A stretch of 64,000 bases of DNA from assembly GCA_014905635.1 (NCBI GenBank), contig JABVCE010000027.1:1-64000 (forward strand). The letters are read 5' to 3'. This stretch comes from Scenedesmus sp. PABB004. Its lineage: Eukaryota. Numbering within the stretch: position 1 is the first letter of the stretch; every line of letters begins with the position of its first letter. A program made the position numbers and the translations under genes. Below the pieces are notes generated by a model. That model worked only from the letters and a program-made list of their open reading frames with translations, had not been told where the DNA came from and did not search any database. Positions 24,026 to 32,800 of this stretch are shown here, one piece after another.

Positions 24026-27000
24026 ATGGCCGATCCAGAGGGTGTAGCCCTGGGTCGAGCCGGGGCACCGCTCGCCCCCAACGCTGCGGACATGGCGGCC
24101 GACCAGCGGGCCTACGTCGCCACCGTCACGCGCAAGCCCAACCCGACGATCCTCGCTGACGACGGCAGCAACTTCTTCGAGTGGCAGGACGAGCGCCACG
24201 GGGAGCTCATCATGCACAACCTCGAGGCCGTGCTCACCGACCCCGACCACCCGGCGTCGGTGCGCATCCACGCCGCCCTCAAGACCACCGTGAGCGCCGT
24301 CGTCAAGGGCGAGTTCCACACGTACCGGACCACTGCCGACGTGTGGGCTGCGCTCGAGGAGCAGAACGCTGAGATCGCCTCCGCGCGCACCGGCGACTCC
24401 CTCGAGCAGCTAGCGACCATCACCTTCAACCCGAGCTCCGGCATGCCCGACTACATCAAGCGCGCCAAGGCCCTGCGCACCAAGCTCGCCAAGGTGGACT
24501 TCCAGGTCGAGGACCACATCATGATCACCCACCTGCTGCGGGGGCTCCGGCGCGCGCCAGAGTACACCTTCACCTGCGAGTCGATCGGGAAAGACCTCGC
24601 CCGTGGGCAGATTACGCTGCAGGAGGTGTACCAGACCCTCCTCCGCAAGAACGCCTGGGACGGCAACGACGGCGACTCCTCCTCCTCCAAGGGCTACGCT
24701 GGCAACCGCGCGCTCTACGCCGCTGCCGAGCACGGCGGCGGCGGCCGGCCGTTCCGGCCCGCGCCCGCCGGCGCCGGCGGCGGCGGCGGCAACGCCGCTA
24801 GCCGCGCGCCCAAGCTCTTCTGCAACTACTGCAGGAAGATCGGCCACACCAAGGACCAGTGCCGCAAGCTCAAGAACAAGCCCGGCGGCCCGCCCGGCGG
24901 CCCGCCCGGCGGCGGCGCGCCCGGCAGCGGCCCGCCCAACGGCGGCGCGTCCGGCGGCGCGCCCGGGGGCAGCGGCCCCTCGGGCGGCGGCCACGCGCGC
25001 GGCGGCTTCTCCAAGTTCAACGGCCAGAGCGGCAAGAGCAGCCACGGCGGAAACCACGGCGGCGGCGGCAACAACGCCGGCCTCAACGTGGCGTGGATGG
25101 CGACGGGCGTCGCGCCCGCGCCGCGCGACGACCGCGAGTGGTTCACCGACTCCGGCGCGACGCAGCACATGTGCTGCAGCCGGGAGGCCTTCTTTGAGCT
25201 CCGGCCGAGCGGCGGCGTGGTGCACACCGCGAGCGGCGAGACCATCGAGATCAAGGGCATCGGGAACATCTTCATCACCATCCCCAACGAGCGCGTGTTT
25301 GCGCTCTTCAACGTGCTCTACGTGCCCGAGCTCGCCGCCAACCTGCTCTCCCTGTCCAAGGTCACCGACATGGGCTACAGCGTCATGATGAAGGGCGCGG
25401 CGACCCTCATCTACAGCGACGACGACACGCTGCCCGTGCTGCGCGCGCAGCGCAGCGCCAACGGCGTGTGCAGCTTCATCTGCGACTACGTCCCGTCGCT
25501 CGAGAACCTCAAGAGCCTCTGCTACGAGCCCGTCAGCCTGCTCACGCTCCACGACACCGAGAGCGAGTGCCGCCTCTGGCACGCGCGCTACGGCCACGCC
25601 GGCTGCGACCGCATCGCGCGGATCGCGCGCGACGACCTGGCCGTCAACTTCCCGCTGTCTGCCTCCACGGTCAAGGACTACGGCGCCTCCCACATCTGCC
25701 CTACCTGCGCCATGGTCAAGTCCAGCGAGCGGCCCTTCAAGCCGACCGGCCCCAACAACTTTGGGCCAGGTGAGTTGCTGCACACCGATGTCGGCGACAC
25801 CGGCGTACGCTCAGCCGGCGGCAGCCGCTACTACGTCACTCTGATCGACGACGCGACGGGCTTCTCGTTCTTCGTGCCGCTGGCCTCCAAGAGCTACGTG
25901 ACGAGCTTCCTCAAAGAGACCATTCCTTTGATCGAGACCGCGACCGGCAACCGTGTCAAGGTGCTGCGCTCGGACAATGGAGGCGAGTACAACTCCACCG
26001 AGCTGCACGCCTACCTCGCCACCAAGGGCATCAGCCACCAGTTCACCACGCCCTACAGCCCCGCCTCCAACGGCAAGGCTGAGCGGCTCAACCGCACGCT
26101 GCGCGAAAGCGCCGTCGCGATGCTCAAGGCGGCGGGCCTGCCCAAGACCGTGTGGGCTGAGGCCTTCCACACCGCCAACTTTCTGCGCAACGTGCTGCCC
26201 ACGGACGGCAAGTCCAAGACGCCGTGGGAGCTCTTCTTTGGCACCAAGCCCGACGCCTCGCGCCTGCGCGTGTTTGGCTGCCGCGCCTACGTGCACACGC
26301 CTGCCGCGCTGCGTACCAAGCTGGAGCCCAGCGCTCAGCCCGGCGTGTTCCTCGGCTACCCTTCCTTTGGTGTGAGCACCACCGACGGCTGGCGCGTGCG
26401 GCTCGACAACGGCAAGACCGTGACCTCGCGCCACGTCCGCTTCGACGAGTCTGACCTGCCCGGCCGCGCGCGCACGACTGCCGGCGCGACCGACGCCAAC
26501 CTGGTGAGCTCGCCCCCGAGCTCGCCGCTCGTGATCGGCAGCGGAGTGCCGCTCCTGCCCGCAGACAACACCGGCGCTGGTGGCTCTCTCAGCCCCAGCA
26601 GCTCGGGCGCTGCTGCCGGCGATGCTGGCGACGCTGGCGACGCTGCCGGCGACCCTGGCGACGCTGGCGACACTGCCGGCGCGCTTTGCAGCAGCGAGTC
26701 AGGCAACCTGAGTAGCATCAGCAGCTACAGCAGCGCCAGCGACTCATTTGTCAGCGCTGGCGACTCATTTGGTGACTCGGGCGACAGCCCTGGTCAGGCA
26801 CCGAGCAGCTCGGGGCACTCGCCCAGCAGCGGCGGCAACGCAGCGAGGCTGATTCCTGGGCAGTCGCTGGTCACGGCGCCCAGGCGCAGCGCGCGCATCG
26901 CCGCGCGGTCTGCAGTTCCTGTGCAGCCGCCTGCGATTCCTGGGCAGCCGCGCGCCGACGCCTTCCCTGTGGTGGAGCAGCCGCAGAGCGCGCTGCTCAC

Positions 27001-28570
27001 CACCGACACGTCTGGCAGCAGCATCGTCGAGCCTACCAGCTACGACGAGGCCATCAACTCCCCGCAGGCGGCAGACTGGATCGCCGCCATGGCTGAGGAG
27101 CTGGCCTCTCTCCACGCCAACCGTACGTGGGAGCTGCAGACCAAGCCGCCCGGGGTCAAGGCCATTCCATGCAAGTGGGTCTTCACGCTCAAGCGCGACG
27201 CCGCCGGCAACATCGAGCGCTTCAAGGCGCGGCTGGTCATCAAGGGCTTTCACCAGCGCGCCGGCATCGACTACAACGACGTGTTCAGCCCCGTCATCAA
27301 GTACCAGACCTTCCGCGCGCTGATGGCCGCCGCGGCCGCGCACGACTGGGAGGTCAGGCACTTGGACATCAAGACTGCCTTCCTCAACGGCCACCTTGAA
27401 GAAGAGGTGTGGATGCAGCAGCCACCCGGCTCTGGTGAGCACGGCTCTGTGCTCGCCTGCCGCCTGCGGCGCTCGCTCTACGGCCTCAAGCAGGCGCCGC
27501 GCGTGTGGAACCAGCGGCTGCACGCCGAGCTGGTTGCCATGGGTTTTGCCCAGACCGCGGCTGACCCCTGCGTGTACTACCTCTACAAGGAGGGCTCCTT
27601 CATCATCCTGCTCGTTTACGTCGACGACATCCTGGTCGTCACGCCGCACGCTGACCTGGCCGCGCGCTTTACCGCGCGCCTGCTCAATGCGTTCGAGGGC
27701 CGCGACCTCGGCCCCGCGAGCTGTTTCCTCGGCATGACCATCGAGCGCAACCGCGCCGCGCGCACCATGAAGCTCTGCAACCCGAGGCTGATCTACGGGA
27801 TGCTGGAGCGCTTTGACATGGGCGACGTTAAGCCCCGCGGCCTGCCCATGCAGGCGGGCCTGCACCTCTCCAACACCAGCGGCGAGCCCCTCAACACCGA
27901 GGAGTTCCACTACTCTGCGCTGGTCGGCGCTGCTATGTACCTCGCCACCTCGCTGCGCCCCGACATCGCGCACACTGCGAGCGTGCTGGCGCGTTTCATG
28001 GCCAAGCCCACCATCGTGCACTGGCAGGCAGCCAAGGGGCTGCTGCGATACCTCGCAGGCACGGCTGAGCTGGGCATCAACTACTCGGGCGGCCCCGCGG
28101 GCCTGCACCTGGTCGGTTACACCGACGCAGACTACGCGGGCTGCCCCGACACGCGCCGCTCCACCTCCGCCTTTGTGTTCACCATGGGCGGCGGCGCTGT
28201 CTCCTGGTGCAGCCAGCGGCAGAAGACCGTCTCGGTCTCCACGGCCGAGGCTGAGTATGTGGCTGCCGCTGCCGCGGTCAAAGAGGCCCTTTGGCTGCGC
28301 AACCTGCTGCGTGAGCTGGGCTCGCGCAACGCCAACACCATCAGCATCTGGGCCGACAACCAAGCAGCCATCAAGCTGCTGCACAACCCCATCAGCTCAG
28401 CCCGCACCAAGCACATTGACGTCGCGTACTGCTTTGCGCGCGAGCGCGTCGTGCGCGGGGAGGTGAGCTTTGCCTATCTGCCAACCGCTGACATGGTCGC
28501 CGATGTGCTGACCAAAGGGCTGCCCGAGGTCAAGCACAAGGCGTGCTGCGCGGGCATGGGCATGGGCTAG
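24026..28570 (+). CDS. Copia gag-pol polyprotein, uninterrupted
   Basis: CNYCRKIGHTKDQC knuckle; WFTDSGATQH; WHARYGH..CPTC..LRSDNGGEY..NGKAER; VYVDDILV; YTDADYA..AEAEY; first ATG of ORF 23837..28570. Confidence 0.95.
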   Translation: MADPEGVALGRAGAPLAPNAADMAADQRAYVATVTRKPNPTILADDGSNFFEWQDERHGELIMHNLEAVLTDPDHPASVRIHAALKTTVSAVVKGEFHTYRTTADVWAALEEQNAEIASARTGDSLEQLATITFNPSSGMPDYIKRAKALRTKLAKVDFQVEDHIMITHLLRGLRRAPEYTFTCESIGKDLARGQITLQEVYQTLLRKNAWDGNDGDSSSSKGYAGNRALYAAAEHGGGGRPFRPAPAGAGGGGGNAASRAPKLFCNYCRKIGHTKDQCRKLKNKPGGPPGGPPGGGAPGSGPPNGGASGGAPGGSGPSGGGHARGGFSKFNGQSGKSSHGGNHGGGGNNAGLNVAWMATGVAPAPRDDREWFTDSGATQHMCCSREAFFELRPSGGVVHTASGETIEIKGIGNIFITIPNERVFALFNVLYVPELAANLLSLSKVTDMGYSVMMKGAATLIYSDDDTLPVLRAQRSANGVCSFICDYVPSLENLKSLCYEPVSLLTLHDTESECRLWHARYGHAGCDRIARIARDDLAVNFPLSASTVKDYGASHICPTCAMVKSSERPFKPTGPNNFGPGELLHTDVGDTGVRSAGGSRYYVTLIDDATGFSFFVPLASKSYVTSFLKETIPLIETATGNRVKVLRSDNGGEYNSTELHAYLATKGISHQFTTPYSPASNGKAERLNRTLRESAVAMLKAAGLPKTVWAEAFHTANFLRNVLPTDGKSKTPWELFFGTKPDASRLRVFGCRAYVHTPAALRTKLEPSAQPGVFLGYPSFGVSTTDGWRVRLDNGKTVTSRHVRFDESDLPGRARTTAGATDANLVSSPPSSPLVIGSGVPLLPADNTGAGGSLSPSSSGAAAGDAGDAGDAAGDPGDAGDTAGALCSSESGNLSSISSYSSASDSFVSAGDSFGDSGDSPGQAPSSSGHSPSSGGNAARLIPGQSLVTAPRRSARIAARSAVPVQPPAIPGQPRADAFPVVEQPQSALLTTDTSGSSIVEPTSYDEAINSPQAADWIAAMAEELASLHANRTWELQTKPPGVKAIPCKWVFTLKRDAAGNIERFKARLVIKGFHQRAGIDYNDVFSPVIKYQTFRALMAAAAAHDWEVRHLDIKTAFLNGHLEEEVWMQQPPGSGEHGSVLACRLRRSLYGLKQAPRVWNQRLHAELVAMGFAQTAADPCVYYLYKEGSFIILLVYVDDILVVTPHADLAARFTARLLNAFEGRDLGPASCFLGMTIERNRAARTMKLCNPRLIYGMLERFDMGDVKPRGLPMQAGLHLSNTSGEPLNTEEFHYSALVGAAMYLATSLRPDIAHTASVLARFMAKPTIVHWQAAKGLLRYLAGTAELGINYSGGPAGLHLVGYTDADYAGCPDTRRSTSAFVFTMGGGAVSWCSQRQKTVSVSTAEAEYVAAAAAVKEALWLRNLLRELGSRNANTISIWADNQAAIKLLHNPISSARTKHIDVAYCFARERVVRGEVSFAYLPTADMVADVLTKGLPEVKHKACCAGMGMG

Positions 28571-28985
28571 GGGCATCGCGCGTGCGTGGGAGCTGTGCAA
28601 ACCGCTTCGCGCGCTGCGTGGTGTGTGTTGGTTGATTACACTCACTTCTCTCGTGCGTGCTGCCTGCAATGCAGCCCACGTGGGAGTGTTGAAGGTCCTG
28701 GGCTGTCTGGTCTGCTTGCAGGCCAGCCCGCTGCAGCAGCAGCGCCCTCGCGCGCCCACGCGTGCGCGCGTGCGCTGCTGAGCTGTTTCAGCAAGAGTTT
28801 CACTGCGAGAGCCGGGGGCTCAGAACTCCAGTGGAGTACACACCACCGTGAGCAGAAGGGTGAACACGAGAAGTTCCCAGCCTGCCGCGTGCCCTATAAA
28901 GGCTCCGCGTGCCACCGGCGCTTGTAACGAAGCACTCTGCCGCACCCAATCAGCGCTCTCGCGATCACAACACCACCGCGCAACA

Positions 28986-29663
28986 CGCGCTGCGCCGCCG
29001 AGGTCCGCCGCCGGCGGCCGCGCCGCGCCGCGGGCCGCGCGCCGCCCGCGCGCGCGCCGCTCGGCGGCGCCGCGGCGCAGCGCTGCCGGGCGCCGTTTCC
29101 CCTGCCCCGCCGCCCCTGCGGAGCGGAGGTGCGGGGCTCCAACGGGCTGCCCCGGCACGCGCTGCGCCGCCGAGGTCCGCCGCCGGCGGCCGCGCCGCGC
29201 CGCGGGCCGCGCGCCGCCCGCGCGCGCGCCGCTCGGCGGCGCCGCGGCGCAGCGCTGCCGGGCGCCGTTTCCCCTGCCCCGCCGCCCCTGCGGAGCGGAG
29301 GTGCGGGGCTCCAACGGGCTGCCCCGGCACGCGCTGCGCCGCCGAGGTCCGCCGCCGGCGGCCGCGCCGCGCCGCGGGCCGCGCGCCGCCCGCGCGCGCG
29401 CCGCTCGGCGGCGCCGCGGCGCGGCGATGCCGTGCGCCGTTTCCCCTGCCCCGCCGCCCCTGCGGAGCGGAGGTGCGCGGCTCCAACAGGCTGCCCGGCC
29501 ACGGGCTGCGCCGCCGAGGTGCGCCGCCGGCGGCCGCGCCGCGCCGCGGGCCGCGCGCCGCCCGCGCGCGCGCCGCTCGGCGGCGCCGCGGCGCAGCGCT
29601 GCCGGGCGCCGTTTCCCCTGCCCCGCCGCCCCTGCGGAGCGGAGGTGCGGGGCTCCAACGGGC
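28986..29663 (+). repeat. 172-bp satellite, segment 6 (contains one divergent monomer)
   Basis: About 4 monomers; substitutions clustered at ~29420-29521. Confidence 0.95.
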
Positions 29664-29798
29664 TTTTATTTTTTGTTTTTTGTTACAATGGGTGAGCTTT
29701 TTTCAGTGGGCTGCCCCTGGGCCTCGGTCCTTGTCTGGTCACCCATTGTAACAAAAAAAAAAAAAAAAAAAAGGCCCAGGGGCAGCCCACTGAAAAAA
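29664..29798. mobile_element. LINE 3' stub (minus) interrupted by a second LINE 3' stub (plus, 29694-29772)
   Basis: T-tail-TTACAATGGGTGA | GCTTTTTTCAGTGGG...CATTGTAAC-poly(A) | GGCCCAGGGGCAGCCCACTGAAAAAA. Confidence 0.88.
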
Positions 29799-30154
29799 GC
29801 TCCAACGGGCTGCCCCGGCACGCGCTGCGCCGCCGAGGTCCGCCGCCGGCGGCCGCGCCGCGCCGCGGGCCGCGCGCCGCCCGCGCGCGCGCCGCTCGGC
29901 GGCGCCGCGGCGCAGCGCTGCCGGGCGCCGTTTCCCCTGCCCCGCCGCCCCTGCGGAGCGGAGGTGCGGGGCTCCAACGGGCTGCCCCGGCACGCGCTGC
30001 GCCGCCGAGGTCCGCCGCCGGCGGCCGCGCCGCGCCGCGGGCCGCGCGCCGCCCGCGCGCGCGCCGCTCGGCGGCGCCGCGGCGCAGCGCTGCCGGGCGC
30101 CGTTTCCCCTGCCCCGCCGCCCCTGCGGAGCGGAGGTGCGGGGCTCCAACGGGC
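29799..30154 (+). repeat. 172-bp satellite, segment 7
   Basis: About 2 monomers. Confidence 0.95.
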
Positions 30155-30206
30155 TTTTTTTTTTTGTTTTTTGTTACAATGGGTGACCAGACAAGGACCG
30201 AGGCCC
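30155..30206 (-). mobile_element. LINE 3' stub, tail-proximal part (split by the gypsy insertion; remainder at 43020-43044)
   Basis: Same stub as 22779-22852; continues as GCCCAGGGGCAGCCCACTGAAAAAA after 43019. Confidence 0.9.
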
Positions 30207-30406
30207 TGACGCACCAGATGAGCGACCCGTCGGATGAGCGCTGAGCGCCCCCGCTGCTGCTGCTCTGCCCTCACGCAACACACACCTGCGAGGCGCACAC
30301 ACGCGGCAGTTGACCCCAACTGCCCAGTTCAGGCCGCACCCGCTGGCTGTAGCGCGTGCGCGCAGTGACCAGGCCTGAGCGCTGCGGCCAGTCCAGCCGC
30401 TGCACA
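30207..30406 (-). repeat. Repeat A, terminal copy (200 bp)
   Basis: TGACGCACCAGATG...CCGCTGCACA; same as 30960-31159. Confidence 0.95.
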
Positions 30407-30410
30407 GGAT

Positions 30411-30957
30411 AGGGATTGCCCCACCCGGGATGCTCGCGGTCGGCTGCCCGACCCAGCACTCTGCTCTGGCGCGCCGCGGTCGCGATCGCTTCCTTTGCTT
30501 GCTGGCTCCCCCTGTGGCGTGCCCAGTGCTCGCGTCGACCTCTGCCCGCTCGCGGCGTGCGGCTGGGACTGTCGGGCGCGGTGGTTACCGTTGGCTGGTG
30601 CTCGACTGGGTTCTGGGGGGCGCTCGTCCCTCGCGGGGCGCGCCTAAGTTCACTCAGCGAGCGCGCAGCCAAGGGCGAACCCTGCCCCGTCAGCAAGGTC
30701 GCACTGGTTGCGAATCGGTGTGTAACCCCCACTCGGCCAGCACGCCTTGCAATGGCGCCTGCCGCTGCACAAAAGGCCTCAGACTAGGCCCCGCCACACA
30801 CAGCAGAGAGCACGGTCGCTGCCGTGCGCGGTCACCCGCGCTGCAGTACATGCCCCGGTGACCCCGCTGCTGCGCGCGCATGCAAGCCCACCAGTGCTCA
30901 GTCCGGCCGGCCCCAGGCCTAGCCTCCATCGGGCAGCAGCCCCCATCGGTGCTGACA
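30411..30957 (-). repeat. Repeat B, internal copy (547 bp)
   Basis: AGGGATTGCCCCACCC...GGTGCTGACA; same as 42473-43019. Confidence 0.95.
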
Positions 30958-30959
30958 GC

Positions 30960-31159
30960 TGACGCACCAGATGAGCGACCCGTCGGATGAGCGCTGAGCG
31001 CCCCCGCTGCTGCTGCTCTGCCCTCACGCAACACACACCTGCGAGGCGCACACACGCGGCAGTTGACCCCAACTGCCCAGTTCAGGCCGCACCCGCTGGC
31101 TGTAGCGCGTGCGCGCAGTGACCAGGCCTGAGCGCTGCGGCCAGTCCAGCCGCTGCACA
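30960..31159 (-). repeat. Repeat A, internal copy (200 bp)
   Basis: Separated from repeat B by the 2-bp spacer GC. Confidence 0.95.
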
Positions 31160-31473
31160 ACCCCCCAGCAATCACGCACGAGGTGAGGAGGCGGGATTGC
31201 TCAAAACGCGGGTGCTGGCAGCAGCGCTCGCAATGCTGCCAAGAGCACAACACACACATGACAAAGGCCCTGCAGCGGCGGCACGCACGCTGCTGGAACC
31301 AGGCACACCAGGCATTGGCACACGCACACCGCGCGGGGCAGATTCACCCGCTCCCCGCACATGCACATGCGCGCGCCCACGCGCCTGATCCCTCGCTGCA
31401 GTTGCCAACTGCCCCAACTGCCAGAGCTGGGCAGGCTGCAGCGCCCGACCGAAACTGTCCCCACTGCAGCTGC

Positions 31474-32658
31474 TCAGCGCAGCCTCTTGAGCTCAGACAT
31501 CTGGCTCGCCATGACAAAGGCCATCTGCTCAAACGTCTTCAAGTGACTGTTGTGCTGCTGCAGCATCTGCTGCACCTGCTCCTCCGTATACATCTGCGGT
31601 GCTGCCGCCTGCGTCTGCGGCGCCAGCTGCAGCATCTGCGCGGGCTGCGCCGGCAGGGCAACAAGCTGGTTCTGCCCCTGGCTGCTCTGCTCCTGCTGGC
31701 TGACCTGCTGCGGCGGTGGCGCACCGCCCTGACGCTGCCTCTGCACACTGCGCTGCGTCTGGTCACTGCTCTGGACAAAGTCACGCTGCAGCCGCCGCTG
31801 CTGCTCGCGCTGCGCGTATTCCATCGGCTGGCTGCCCTGCGCGCGTCTGCCGCGCTGCTGCGGCTCAGAGCGCCGCGGCGCCTGGCGGTCCGCGGGTCTG
31901 CCCTGGCGCTGGCCACTGGGCTCCTGGCTGCGCCGCGGGCGCTCCGTCCAGCGCCGAACGCCCGCTGGGAAGCAAAGGAGCTGGCTGAAAAGCCGATGCT
32001 GCCGCGACGTGATCTCACGGCAGTTGCTGCACTCCTTTGTGTCATGCGCGCAGGGCCCGTGCAGCTCGCACCAGGTGCGCCGGCCCTTGAAGCAGGCGTG
32101 CTCCTTGTAGCTGCCGCCTGTCTGCTGCTCCAGCAGCTCCCGCGCGGCCTGTGGTCCGCTGACCCGGCCGGCCCGGTAGTCCTCCAGCAGCTGCCAGGCT
32201 TTGGCCTCATACGGCTGCTGCTGGCTCTGGGCGCCAAGCTGGCTGTTGCGCCCCGAGCGCTCACCCTGCGCCGCAGGGCTGCACCCCCGCGCGGAGCGCT
32301 CTGCAGGTCCCTGGTCGGGGTCGTGAGGGCGCCGGCCGTGGCGGTTGCGGCTGCGGCTCCTGCTCCGGTTGCCTCGCCACGTCTGCAGGTCCGGCTGCTC
32401 CTCTCCCACGTCTTGAGGTGGCGGGCGGTCCGTGTGCTTGGAGCTCCCGCCGCTGTTCTGGCTGTGGCTGCAGTTGCGGTCGCTCGGCTCCTCCGCTGCC
32501 TCCGGGCTGGCCACATAGCCATCGTCGCCGCCGCTGCCGAGGCGTGCCAGCAGCTGTGCCGACAGGCCCCGCTGCTCATCGTTGCTCGTCCCCGGGGCGG
32601 CTTCCGGCATCTCCATCTCCTCATCCCCAAAGTCCAGCAGCTCCTCTTCACCCTCCAT
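31474..32658 (-). CDS. Extra ORF3 of the gypsy element: low-complexity protein with a Cx2Hx4Hx4C-type zinc knuckle
   Basis: ATG at 32658 (MEGEEELLDF), acidic N-terminus, WCELHGPCAHDTKEC, Q-rich C-terminus; open for ~394 codons. Confidence 0.65.
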   Translation of the reverse strand: MEGEEELLDFGDEEMEMPEAAPGTSNDEQRGLSAQLLARLGSGGDDGYVASPEAAEEPSDRNCSHSQNSGGSSKHTDRPPPQDVGEEQPDLQTWRGNRSRSRSRNRHGRRPHDPDQGPAERSARGCSPAAQGERSGRNSQLGAQSQQQPYEAKAWQLLEDYRAGRVSGPQAARELLEQQTGGSYKEHACFKGRRTWCELHGPCAHDTKECSNCREITSRQHRLFSQLLCFPAGVRRWTERPRRSQEPSGQRQGRPADRQAPRRSEPQQRGRRAQGSQPMEYAQREQQRRLQRDFVQSSDQTQRSVQRQRQGGAPPPQQVSQQEQSSQGQNQLVALPAQPAQMLQLAPQTQAAAPQMYTEEQVQQMLQQHNSHLKTFEQMAFVMASQMSELKRLR

Positions 32659-32800
32659 TGCCTGAGCAGCGGCAGTGTCGGCACGGGAGGGCAGTGTCAG
32701 CACTCGCCGGTTTGGCGGCTTGGCACACAGCGGACTGACGCGTGAGCACCCCCCAACCCCCAGCCAGGCCTCCATCTCTCCCGGTGCGGCATCAGCCTGA

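Larger units (their letters stand above)
23224..28985 (+). mobile_element. Ty1/copia LTR retrotransposon (element 2), intact
   Basis: 299-bp LTRs at 23224-23522 and 28687-28985 (TGTTG...CAACA; one mismatch seen); TSD CGCGC; TATAAA 23432, TGTAA 23460; PPT-like CACGTGGGAG. Confidence 0.97.

Noticed and set aside
29694..29772. Local template-switch inversion of the stub
   Set aside because: The inverted copy has a pure poly(A) tail, whereas the host stub tail is interrupted, which fits a separate retrotransposition better
30207..31159. A-B-A block as an independent TRIM or solo LTR next to a truncated gypsy
   Set aside because: Repeat A does read TG...CA, but the TSD and the interrupted LINE stub flank the entire 12.8 kb, no TSD flanks A-B-A or B-A alone, and B recurs at the far end; not fully excluded without other copies
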